Shown: in pieces, positions 16,216-26,995 of the stretch
How the letters are laid out: each line of letters starts with the position of its first letter
How positions within the stretch are numbered: the first letter of the stretch is position 1
The notes under the pieces: generated by a model
What the model saw: only the letters and a program-made list of their open reading frames with translations
What the model was told of the DNA's origin: nothing
Database searches by the model: none
Assembly: GCA_002269645.1 (NCBI GenBank)
Contig: NIVC01002377.1
Location: forward strand, 62,001-126,000
Direction: 5' to 3'
Source: Macrostomum lignano
Taxonomy: Eukaryota
Length of the DNA stretch: 64,000 nt
Program-made: the position numbers and the translations under genes

Positions 16216-16749
16216 TCCGTGTCTCACTCCGTGTCTCACTCCGTGTCTCACTCCGTGTCTCACTCCGTGTCTCACTCCGTGTCTCACTCCGTGTCTCACT
16301 CCGTGTCTCACTCCGTGTCTCACTCCGTGTCTCACTCCGTGTCTCACTCCGTGTCTCACTCCGTGTCTCACTCCGTGTCTCACTCCGTGTCTCACTCCGT
16401 GTCTCACTCCGTGTCTCACTCCGTGTCTCACTCCGTGTCTCACTCCGTGTCTCACTCCGTGTCTCACTCCGTGTCTCACTCCGTGTCTCACTCCGTGTCT
16501 CACTCCGTGTCTCACTCCGTGTCTCACTCCGTGTCTCACTCCGTGTCTCACTCCGTGTCTCACTCCGTGTCTCACTCCGTGTCTCACTCCGTGTCTCACT
16601 CCGTGTCTCACTCCGTGTCTCACTCCGTGTCTCACTCCGTGTCTCACTCCGTGTCTCACTCCGTGTCTCACTCCGTGTCTCACTCCGTGTCTCACTCCGT
16701 GTCTCACTCCGTGTCTCACTCCGTGTCTCACTCCGTGTCTCACTCCGTG
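16216..16749 (+). repeat. Perfect 12-bp repeat (CTCCGTGTCTCA), ~44 copies
   Basis: No variant units seen. Confidence 0.97.
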
Positions 16750-16754
16750 CGCAG

Positions 16755-17630
16755 TCACTTGCACCAAACGCAGGCGCCCAGGCCGCCTCCGTTGCTGCCG
16801 CCGCCTCCGTTCGCCCGACTAAACCGCCTCGAATCTCTCCGCCCCGACGCCGATCCCGCCGGCGCTGTTCGATCCTCGTCACCGCCATCATCGTCGCCAT
16901 CGTCGAGACCATCGGCAGACAGCGAGTCCAGTTCCAGACTATGCTGCACCGTCCAGTGCGCCACGCTGACAGCCGACTGCAGCTGCTCAACAAGCCCACG
17001 AGCCGAAGCGGTCTCGCGACGGAGCTCCGCCAGAGCCTCCTCAACGTTGGTCGATGCAGCTTCCTCGACGGACGCTGCAGCGGTTGTCGAAGCGGCCGCC
17101 GACGAGGGACCCGAAGCGTCGGCGTCCGGATTGGCTAGCGACGCCCGCGACACGGAGCCGCGGCGTGACGATCTGAGGGAGCTGGCCCGGCTGCCGCCGC
17201 CAACGCTGCCGCCGCCGCCCAGCCCGAAGATGGACCTGCGGCCGGTGCGGAAGGCCTCGGTGACGCCTGTCAGCACCGGCGGCTGACCCGGCCGAGCTCT
17301 GGCCACCAGAGCGGCTGTCCGGTCGGCATTGTCTATGGCGGACTCGGCCGTCTGCACCAGGGTGGCGTAGCGGGCCTCCCAGTCCCGCCTGGCTGGGCTG
17401 CCATCGTCCGCAGTGTGCAGCATGACGGGCAGGATGGCATCGCGGGCGGTGTACAGCCCAGCTAGCAGGCGGTCCAGCAGCACCGATTGAAGCTCGTCGC
17501 GAAGTCGCCGACCGTCCACCTGGGTGCCGAGCTGGCGAAGCAGCAGTTTGCACTGGGCGAGGCAGCGGTTCAACGAGCGGAGATCTGCGCTGAACTGCTC
17601 GACGGTGGCGATGGGGCTGACGGAGGCCAT
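16755..17630 (-). CDS. R9AP/R7BP (RGS9BP/RGS7BP)-family membrane anchor-like protein, single coding exon, 291 aa from ATG 17630; acceptor TTGCAG ends at 17655
   Basis: Syntaxin-Habc-like N-terminus (LRQLGTQVDGRRLRDELQ). PPVLTGV and AVSVAHWTVQ resemble R9AP as recalled (PLVRTGV, KVNVPRWTVQ). Basic then Cys C-terminus (RRDSRRFSR...GACVWCK*). The ORF-track start at 17660 is a TTG inside the acceptor. Confidence 0.68.
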   Translation of the reverse strand: MASVSPIATVEQFSADLRSLNRCLAQCKLLLRQLGTQVDGRRLRDELQSVLLDRLLAGLYTARDAILPVMLHTADDGSPARRDWEARYATLVQTAESAIDNADRTAALVARARPGQPPVLTGVTEAFRTGRRSIFGLGGGGSVGGGSRASSLRSSRRGSVSRASLANPDADASGPSSAAASTTAAASVEEAASTNVEEALAELRRETASARGLVEQLQSAVSVAHWTVQHSLELDSLSADGLDDGDDDGGDEDRTAPAGSASGRRDSRRFSRANGGGGSNGGGLGACVWCK

Positions 17631-17849
17631 GGGAGCGGCTCCGGCTGACTCTGGCTGCAATATCGTTAATTATTGTTAATTAAGCTTAAAATCAACATTG
17701 AGTGCGAAAAAAGCAACGCGTTTCAACTCACTAGGGCCGTCGTCAGGGTATACGAGCTATTCTATCGATCAGACACAAAACAGTCCAATGTGTCAAATAC
17801 AAAGAGGGGAAGGAACGAAAGTATGGAAGAGCATTAAAAGTGAGGGAGC

Positions 17850-18240
17850 ATGAAGGAGGGAAATCTAAAATGTACACACAACAAAAGGCCCGATCCGATG
17901 TATGCCTGTGTAGTTCCTGGGCCGCGTTTGATGAAGAGATGAGCAGCTTGACTAGGATTTTCAGCATGAACGGATGCCCTAAAGATCTCATTAGTCGTTT
18001 GATTAGCAAGTTTGTTACTGATAGTCACTGGCAGGGTGCATAAGAATCATGGCGAAAGGCCGAATGACCCTGTGATGGTCTTGCCTTTCTACGGTGTCCC
18101 TCCTAACCTGTTGAAAAAGAAACTTTGGAGATCTTTTCGAAAATGGTGCAACACTGCGATTAGGATTTGTTTTCACACAGTCAAGGTTGGTCAATTTGTC
18201 AGCAAACTCGCCGCTTTTAATGCTCTGGTCTTTAAGCTAT
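17850..18240 (+). mobile_element. Degenerate Penelope-like retroelement fragment (RT thumb/linker region)
   Basis: Broken frames give LCSSWAAFDEEMSSLTRIFSMNGCPKDLISRLI and VMVLPFYGVPPNLLKKKLWRSFRKWCNTAIRICF. These resemble PLE motifs (CS..F..E...L..NGYP, LPY.G...L.K) from memory. Confidence 0.55.
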
Positions 18241-18324
18241 GTTCACCTAGTGGGTTTTTTCGCTGTCAATGTTGACTTTAAGCTTGTCCTCACTTTGGCG
18301 ACAAATACAGAATCTGGATGTTTG

Positions 18325-20090
18325 TCTCCATGGCAACAACAATCTCAATATGCTTGTCTACATGGAAACAAGATTTTCAATATGCTTGTCTCCATGGCAT
18401 AAACAATCCCAATATGCTTGTCTCCATGGCAAAAACAATCTCATTATGCTTGTCTCCATGGCAAAAACAATCTCATTATGCCTGTCTCCATGGCAACAAC
18501 AATCTCAATATGCTTGTCTCCATGGCAAAAACAATCTCATTATGCTTGTTTCTATGGCAACAACAATCTCATTATGCTTGTCTCCATGGCAAAAACAATC
18601 TCATTATGCTTGTCTCCATGGCAAAAACAATCTCATTATGCCTGTCTCCATGGCAACAACAATCTCAATATGCTTGTCTCCATGGCAAAAACAATCTCAT
18701 TATGCTTGTCTCCATGGCAAAAACAATCTCATTATGCCTGTCTCCATGGCAACAACAATCTCAATATGCTTGTCTCCATGGCAAAAACAATCTCATTATG
18801 CTTGTTTCTATGGCAACAACAATCTCATTATGCTTGTCTCCATGGCATAAACAATCCCAATATGCTTGTCTCCATGGCAAAAACAATCTCATTATGCTTG
18901 TTTCTATGGCAACAACAATCTCATTATGCTTGTCTCCATGGCATAAACAATCCCAATATGCTTGTCTCCATGGCAAAAACAATCTCATTATGCTTGTTTC
19001 TATGGCAACAACAATCTCATTATGCTTGTCTCCATGGCATAAACAATCCCAATATGCTTGTCTCCATGGCATAAACAATCCCAATATGCTTGTTTCCATG
19101 GCAAAAACAATCTCATTATGCTTGTTTCTATGGCAACAACAATCTCATTATGCTTGTCTCCATGGCAAAAACAATCTCATTATGCTTGTCTCCATGGCAA
19201 AAACAATCTCATTATGCTTGTTTCTATGGCAACAACAATCTCATTATGCTTGTCTCCATGGCAAAAACAATCTCATTATGCTTGTCTCCATGGCAACAAC
19301 AATCTCAATATGCTTGTCTCCATGGCAAAAACAATCTCATTATGCTTGTTTCTATGGCAACAACAATCTCATTATGCTTGTCTCCATGGCAAAAACAATC
19401 TCATTATGCTTGTCTCCATGGCAAAAACAATCTCATTATGCCTGTCTCCATGGCAACAACAATCTCAATATGCTTGTCTCCATGGCAAAAACAATCTCAT
19501 TATGCTTGTCTCCATGGCAAAAACAATCTCATTATGCCTGTCTCCATGGCAACAACAATCTCAATATGCTTGTCTCCATGGCAAAAACAATCTCATTATG
19601 CTTGTTTCTATGGCAACAACAATCTCATTATGCTTGTCTCCATGGCATAAACAATCCCAATATGCTTGTCTCCATGGCAAAAACAATCTCATTATGCTTG
19701 TTTCTATGGCAACAACAATCTCATTATGCTTGTCTCCATGGCATAAACAATCCCAATATGCTTGTCTCCATGGCAAAAACAATCTCATTATGCTTGTTTC
19801 TATGGCAACAACAATCTCATTATGCTTGTCTCCATGGCATAAACAATCCCAATATGCTTGTCTCCATGGCAAAAACAATCTCATTATGCCTGTTTCTATG
19901 GCAACAACAATCTCAATATGCTTGTCTCCATGGCAAAAACAATCTCATTATGCTTGTTTCTATGGCAACAACAATCTCATTATGCTTGTCTCCATGGCAT
20001 AAACAATCCCAATATGCTTGTCTCCATGGCAAAAACAATCTCATTATGCCTGTTTCTATGGCAACAACAATCTCAATATGCTTGTAGCAA
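18325..20090 (+). repeat. 32-bp minisatellite (TGCTTGTCTCCATGGCAA(A/C)AACAATCTCATTA), ~55 copies, carrying X-box-like 14-mers
   Basis: Tandem units; many contain GTCTCCATGGCAAC or GTTTCTATGGCAAC. Confidence 0.96.
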
Positions 20091-20364
20091 TGGCAATAAC
20101 TGTCTTAAAGTTTCCATGCAAACTAAATGTTTTTGTTCACACGCATGCAAACAATTATTAATATTGTGTTTATGCTACTAAAAAAATTATCTAAGTAAAC
20201 TTACGCTGCCGCTTTTTAACTGAAAATTCAACTTGTCAGGTCACGCAGACCAAAGCCCAGTTGGGATTTGGCTGGCTTCGGGTCTGAGAGAAATCGGGGA
20301 AGAAAGCCAAGCGCCGTCTCGTAGATAAAGTAAAGCGCCTTAGTCTGCTCCCCAAGCTCTGCTA

Positions 20365-20378
20365 GTTGCCATGACAAC
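20365..20378. promoter_or_regulatory. Stand-alone RFX X-box-like motif GTTGCCATGACAAC
   Basis: 13/14 match to the palindromic X-box GTTGCCATGGCAAC, in unique sequence upstream of the R9AP/R7BP-like gene. Confidence 0.5.
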
Positions 20379-20771
20379 GCTTTCCCCTCGCCCTATTCGA
20401 AGGCCGAATGGCCAAATCGCCTGCGGGGAGAAAAAAGGGGAGAGGGGAAACAGCAGCGCCAGGCAGGCAGGTGAGAGAAAGTGCATCCTGCGTGGTATTT
20501 GATTAGCAGCACAGATATTCTGCGGCTGACTGACTCTCCGTCTCTTCGCACTTCCTCAGCCCAGCTTCCCCTGTGGAATTGGCTTGTCATCGCTCAGAGT
20601 CGAAATTTGAGGAACTTCTGTCTTAAAAAAACTGACATTTGTCTGAACTCTTGAGATCAAGGATGGAGCAATGTAGTGTTGCAAGCACTTTGGAAACTGT
20701 TCATTCCTGTTGATTGATTTTTAGTCAGGCCGAAAAACTAGACAGGGGAAATCAGTCAATAACCAGGAAGG

Positions 20772-21047
<276 letters not shown>

Positions 21048-21349
21048 TTCTACCGTGGCGCACAATGAATTAAGAACACCAAGTAAAATTATTATGTTTG
21101 CCATACTGGTCTTTAAGCTAAATTCAAGAACTACATTTAAAGTAAAACTTATTTGATTTATCTGAATATTGCTTTATGTTATTTGTATAGCATTTTGGTT
21201 CAATGTCCAGCAGTTTTTAATAAAAAAACTGATGCGAGTATTTGAATGGGAAGTATAGCTTTAGGTCTAACATTGAAATAAGACCATAGATAAATACTAG
21301 GGAAATAAGTAGAGCAGTAGGCACTGATATCCAACGAACTACTCTAATA

Positions 21350-23275
21350 TAGCTTTTTGCAGCCCATTTGGGCTTACACGCATTGAATTTAATCCAAGAT
21401 ATATTTGCTAAAGCAATTGAGCTGTTGTCTATGGTCGCAAGGTCTGACACTGCAGCATTTAATTTGGTCTAATAAGCATCAATTTGGGCTATAGCGGCTG
21501 TGAAACCCAATAACGAGTTACAGCTGTGTAATGCAATTTATTTGAGGAAACGTCACTGTACCAACACCAGGAAACGTAAAAAATGGAAATATGATCAGCT
21601 CTAACAAGAACAAAAAGAGCATTTTAGCATGGTCAAGACTCCGCTGAGGAAGATGAAAAAAACGTGTTCAATTGAAATTTTCTCCTGCAATGCAAGCTGG
21701 CACGAAGCGCAGCATCTGCCGGTACCAACCTGCACACTTTAAAGGTGTGATAGCGGCTGTAGCGGCCTCGGCAATGCGGTGAAGTACCAGTACTCTCCAT
21801 TGACCAAGGGTGGTGTCAGGAGGCGGCTGATCAAGCTCTCGTTGGGTGGCCGGGTCACTGAGCTCCCGGTGGCAGTGGAGAGTGGAGAGAGTGGATAGTG
21901 GAGAGTATGGTGGCAACTGGATGAGTTGGATCCTGTCCTGATATACTTCCGGAATCCGGGCTCCATTATGAAACCGCGCACCATCCATAATGATGCGAAC
22001 CTGTTGTTGGGCATCCAGTCCATGAACTTCGAGTAGAGACTGCACCAGTTCATTGATGCACTGCTGAAACAGATCTCCGGTCATAGTCTGGCTCACAACT
22101 TTGTGGCAGACAAGTCCAATGGATGGTGAAATCGCTTGCAGTACATTCACTTGATGGCCTCGCTGAGAATGAACGGTGCGCCGTACACGCTGACCGCGGC
22201 GACCACAACCTTGCGTCCTCCGAGTCCAAATGTTGAATCCAGTCTCGTCCAGATACATTAGATGAACCTCAAGAGCCGTTAGCCATTCGGCAAACTCCCG
22301 CCTTCTCGCAACCGTCTGCGGGCTGTTGCGTACCACTGGAATGTCTGCGTCTCTACCAAGAATTTTCAGTGTTATCAGTCGCTTTTCCAGAGCTCTGCTG
22401 ATAGTCGAAATGCTGACAACCAAGTGAAACTGTTCGTCCAACTTCTGCTTCATTTGCTGCAACGTCAACAGAGGGTTTGTCTCAATTGCATCAAGTAGCA
22501 GTTGGACCTGAGGCTCTTGCAACTTGCTTTGGCGATTGCCGCCCCTTCGTAGACGATCTCTTCTGCCAGTGGTTTCTACGCGCTGACGGATGCTGTACAC
22601 TGTCTTTTCTTTGACGTTCAGCATCCTATCAATGTCCTTTGGGTGCTCACCTCTGTCGAGTGCTTCGATCACAAGCCCATGGCGTTCGTTCGACAGTCTA
22701 GCATACGGTCCACGATTCTGAGGCAGATCTTGCTCCTCCTCCGCAGTAACAAATGAAGCATTGTATAGCAATTTGACGATCATTATTTGTAGTTTTTATG
22801 CGTTACAATTCATTGTTTGTTTGCCATTCGGCATTGAACCTAGTCTTGTCTATGGTAATCCTCAATGCTAATGTCGTCAAATAGACTAGAGAGAAGGGTA
22901 TGAATACACTCTACCATAGCATACGATTTGATCGTCCAATAGCGATACAATGAAAAGAATCAGCGGTCCCAGTGCGTGACAACGATTTGTCTATGGCTTG
23001 CGCCTACCGGCGCTCGCCAGACAATCGTTGTCACGCACTGGGACCGCTGATTATTTATCCATTGCTTCCATCATCACTGCTTGTATCGGTCATGGCTAAA
23101 TTAAAATCTAGGGTTGAAACTATAGAGCCGCTATGGACCAAATTGATGCTTATTAGACCAAATTAAATGCTGCAGTGTCAGTCCTTGCGACCATAGACAA
23201 CAGCTCAATTGCTTTAGCAAATATATCTTGGATTAAATTCTATGCGTGTAAGCCCAAATGGGCTGCAAAAAGCTA
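21350..23275 (-). mobile_element. IS630/Tc1/mariner-superfamily element with 150-bp TIRs and TA target-site duplication
   Basis: TIRs 21350-21499 and 23126-23275 (TAGCTTTTTGCAGCCCATTTGGG...) differ at only a few positions. TA at 21348-21349 and 23276-23277. Confidence 0.92.
21668..22783 (-). CDS. IS630-like DDE transposase ORF (371 aa); third catalytic residue apparently lost
   Basis: HTH N-terminus; YLDETGFN; IIMDGARFH; LPPYSP followed by LSTLSTLHCH instead of the expected xLNPIE. Confidence 0.85.
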   Translation of the reverse strand: MIVKLLYNASFVTAEEEQDLPQNRGPYARLSNERHGLVIEALDRGEHPKDIDRMLNVKEKTVYSIRQRVETTGRRDRLRRGGNRQSKLQEPQVQLLLDAIETNPLLTLQQMKQKLDEQFHLVVSISTISRALEKRLITLKILGRDADIPVVRNSPQTVARRREFAEWLTALEVHLMYLDETGFNIWTRRTQGCGRRGQRVRRTVHSQRGHQVNVLQAISPSIGLVCHKVVSQTMTGDLFQQCINELVQSLLEVHGLDAQQQVRIIMDGARFHNGARIPEVYQDRIQLIQLPPYSPLSTLSTLHCHRELSDPATQRELDQPPPDTTLGQWRVLVLHRIAEAATAAITPLKCAGWYRQMLRFVPACIAGENFN

Positions 23276-24305
23276 TACTTCGTAGCATGGTCTTTTGACT
23301 TAACCACAGCATTGCACCGCCTAGGCATGCTGTCCACCAGCTTCTGGCACACTTCTGCCAGCTCACGAGTCCTCAATGATACATTGATACAGTACAGCTG
23401 ATCAAGGGAAGCTGGCTGCTGCTTCTGGATGTCTCACTCGACCCAGTTCCACAGATTCTCGATCGTATTGAGGTCTGGTGACTGTGCTGACCAGTCCATG
23501 GTACGGATGTTGTTCTCAGCAAGACATGCCTTCACAAACTTGGAGATGTGCTTCGGGATCGTTGTCCTGCTGAAACTGGCAGCTGTGCACTGCACCCAGT
23601 GGCAGCGCATCTGCTGCCTCTGGTAGGTGGCTGCTGAGGATGTCACGGTACTTCTGACTGTCCATGATGCCCTCAATGCGAGTTATTGGCCCAGGTCCAG
23701 CACTGGAGAATGCAGCCCACACCATGACATTGCCACCTCCATGCTTCATGGTACCAAAGGTGCACCTGGGATCGAATTCCTCACCAGCTCGGCGGCGCAC
23801 ATACTGGCGGCCATCAGAATCAGTGCGGGAAAATTTGCTCTCGTCACTCCAGATGACCTTGGCCCAGTCCTGGGGGTGTCCAGCTTGCATGCTGCTTCGC
23901 CCAGTTCAAGCGCTGCTTCCGGTTTTTGTCGGAGATAAATGGCTTCTTCCTAGCAATGCGGCCGTGCAGTCCGGCAGCTACCAAACCGTGGCGGAAAGTC
24001 ATGGGGTGCAGCTGGACACCACTGGACACCAAAAGTTCACGGCTGATGTCCACAGCGGTGAGCCGACGGTTGGACTCGGGCATTCGCACGATGCGGCGAT
24101 CCAGTCGGAGGTCAGCTTTCGGTGCCCTGCCAGGTCTTGGGGCACAGCCTGTGCTGCCAGTGCTGCTGAAACGCCTGTGTGCTTGCTGGACGCAGTTTTT
24201 CAACTTCCTCAGCTGCGTGGCTATGGCACGCTGGGAAACTCCTTGGTCGAACAGGGCCTTGATTTTCCTACACGACTCAGGCGATAGAGCTCTGCCTTTC
24301 CCTAT
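23276..24305 (-). pseudogene. Tc1 transposase pseudogene
   Basis: Start ATA GGG AAA (ATG lost) GKGRALSPE; HTH; VIWSDESKF; KHGGGNVMVW; QQDNDPKH...WSAQSPDLNTIE (34 residues between D and E); LVDSMPRRC...TKY. Contains frameshifts and an in-frame stop. Confidence 0.9.
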
Positions 24306-24867
24306 TCTAGGAGAGTTCGAGATAATTTTTCTTTGAGTAATATTGAATTAGATGTTTTGGACTAACAGAATCAGCAGGGCCACTTTTAAGGCACCTTTTA
24401 GACCAATTAATTAAGTGGTCTTATTACTGTGTGACTTATTAAATTCGAAAGTGAGACAAGGGACTACAATTAAACACACTCAATTGCGAGTAATTATCCA
24501 ACACATCACTGATTTAATTAATTGATAACAGGGTTATCTATAGCTGAATAGATAAAAATGCTCCCACAATCTGTGTAGGATATGCAATCAAAATTTCGAA
24601 TTAATTTTAGGTGGTCTTAATTCATTGTGCGCCACTGTGTCTAAACATATTCCGCGGTAAAAAATTTTCAGGACCGCCGCTTACCTACCTACTGAAAGTA
24701 ATATTTCTAAGGACTTGACTCGCAAAGCCATCAGTGGTTTTTCATGTTCCCTATGATAAATGTTGATGAAAGTATCACAAGAATGTTATTTGCTTTCCTC
24801 AGGGCGTTACACTCGCTACTTATAGGAATCAGGTTACAGAAGACAAAAAAGGAGACAAAAGTCATTC

Positions 24868-25202
<335 letters not shown>

Positions 25203-25738
25203 CAGTTCAGCAGGACAATGTGGCACATGCAGTTCCGCTATCCAGTCAGGTTCCAGTGCTACGAAAGCGGTTACTGAGATTCCAAACCAGCGCAACTGGC
25301 AGCCCAGGTGAAGAGCATCCTCTCTGTAATTGCGTCTCTAACTGATCCACCCCCGTGTCTCTCAGGTGCATTTTCCTCGCTTTGAGTGCGTATTGGTGCT
25401 TCAGCTGCCACCTGAGTGCCCAGGTGGTATTGCTGCTATTCGTCGGTGAAAAAGATTTCAAAGGAAACCGCGTAGGCAGATGAAAAGAGAACTACAGAAA
25501 AAAAATTCCAGCATCGTTTACATTTTGCACGCCACCTGAGACACCGCAAAATTTCTTTGATTTCTATAATACAGAACCGATACTAACAGAGCTGTGGTTC
25601 TAGGCCCTTTGATCTGCTTGTCTATAAAGGCAACAACTCGGAGCGAGAATTTCATTCGCCCAGACTCCCTACTCTCTCTTGTTGTCTTCTCAATAACTGG
25701 ACAGAGTTTTTCTGTATCAACTGCAAATAGCACTCGAG

Positions 25739-26674
25739 ATGAGCAGCATTGGCTGGGCGTTCGCTCTGCTCTGTCTGGCAACGGTGCTTTCGGCTCTGCC
25801 AGCTGGCCGCTATGAGAATCTGGAACTGACGGTGAGAGGTCCAAGATTAGTTTAACAATCGCCAAGATCAGTTTAACAATCGCCAAGATTAGTTTAACAA
25901 TCGCGAAGATTGGTTTAACAATCGCCTAGATTAGTTTAACAATCGTGAAGATTAGTTTAACAATCGCCAAGATTAGTTTAACAATCGCCTAGATCAGTTT
26001 AACAATCTCCAAGATTGGCTTGACAATCTCCAAGATTAGTTTAACAATCGCCTAGATTAGTTTAACAATCGCCTAGATTAGTTTAACAATCGCCTAGATT
26101 AGTTTAACAATCGCCTAGATTAGTTTAACAATCGTGAAGATTGGTTTAACAATCGCCAAGATTAGTTTAACAATCACCAAGATTAGTTTAACAATCGCCT
26201 AGATTGAGTTTAACAATCACCAAGATTAGTTTAACAATCGCCTAGATTGAGTTTAACAATCGCCTAGATTGAGTTTAACAATCTCCAAGATTAGTTTAAC
26301 AATCGCCTGGATTGAGTTTAACAATCTCCAAGATTAGTTTAACAATCGCCAAGAGTAGTTTAACAATCGCCTAGATTGAGTTTAACAATCGCCAAGATTA
26401 GTTTAACAGTCGTCAAGATTGGTTTAACAGTCTTTAAAACTAGTTTTGCAATGGTTTAGCAATTCTGTGATATTTTTTGCACTAATTTCAGCTGACCGAC
26501 GTGAAGCACGAGCTGAAGTATGCCGAGGCTACTCATAACCTGCCAAAAGGAATCCTGCAGAAGTTGATCCCGTCAGTCGTGCTGACATCGACTGGCCTCG
26601 ACAAGAGAGGCGGGCGTCGGTACAGCCTTTGCTGGGGGGTGTACCACCCGGTGGCCTGCATCGGTGTACAGTAA
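25739..26674 (+). CDS. Putative secreted neuropeptide precursor (91 aa); exons 25739-25831 and 26492-26674
   Basis: Exon 1 MSSIGWAFALLCLATVLSALPAGRYENLELT looks like a signal peptide, with donor ACG|GTGAGA. Acceptor ACTAATTTCAG|CTG is phase 0. Exon 2 ...GLDKRGGRRYSLCWGVYHPVACIGVQ* has dibasic sites and a Cys pair. Confidence 0.72.
25843..26440 (+). repeat. 21-bp minisatellite (CCAAGATTAGTTTAACAATCG) filling the neuropeptide intron
   Basis: Tandem units read directly. Confidence 0.94.
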
Positions 26675-26776
26675 GCTGTACACTCATTTCGTCAAAAGAC
26701 AATCGACAGCAGTTTAAGCTGTCTCGATTTAAAAAGAAACACTTTAACCCTTAAAATCCACAGGTATTTTAATATT

Positions 26777-26995
26777 GTGACCATGGACAACTGACGTACA
26801 AAGGACGCTTTACTAGGTTTTAGAAATGAGGTGGAGCCAGTAAGGAACATATGTTTATCGTATCGCCATTGAATTCAGCAGTTTTACCATAGACTAAATC
26901 GGTTTGAGAAAAAGCAGATTCGTAATGCCCTACCATTTATGCCTCCAAAATGTAGTTTTAGAGTCCTTCCTTTTACTGCAGTTGTCCATGGTCGC
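26777..26995. mobile_element. Possible MITE, ~220 bp with imperfect ~28-bp inverted ends
   Basis: GACCATGGACAACTG near 26779 and CAGTTGTCCATGGTC near 26979; no clear TSD. Confidence 0.4.

Larger units (their letters stand above)
21053..24637 (-). mobile_element. Tc1-family DNA transposon (DD34E), inactive, interrupted by a nested element
   Basis: ~28-bp TIRs C(C/A)GTGGCGCACAATGAATTAAGA(A/C)CACC at 21053 and (reverse complement) ending 24637. TA on the left, TG on the right. Native length ~1.66 kb once the insert is removed. Confidence 0.9.

Noticed and set aside
18318-20087. 589-aa Cys/His-rich ORF resembling a repeat or metal-binding protein
   Set aside because: By-product of the 32-bp minisatellite, open in several frames, with no splice or start context.
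21668-22783. Bacterial IS630 as evidence of horizontal transfer or contamination
   Set aside because: Eukaryotic IS630-like/ITm elements are widespread, and this one is embedded with a TSD in host DNA; HGT cannot be claimed without a phylogeny.
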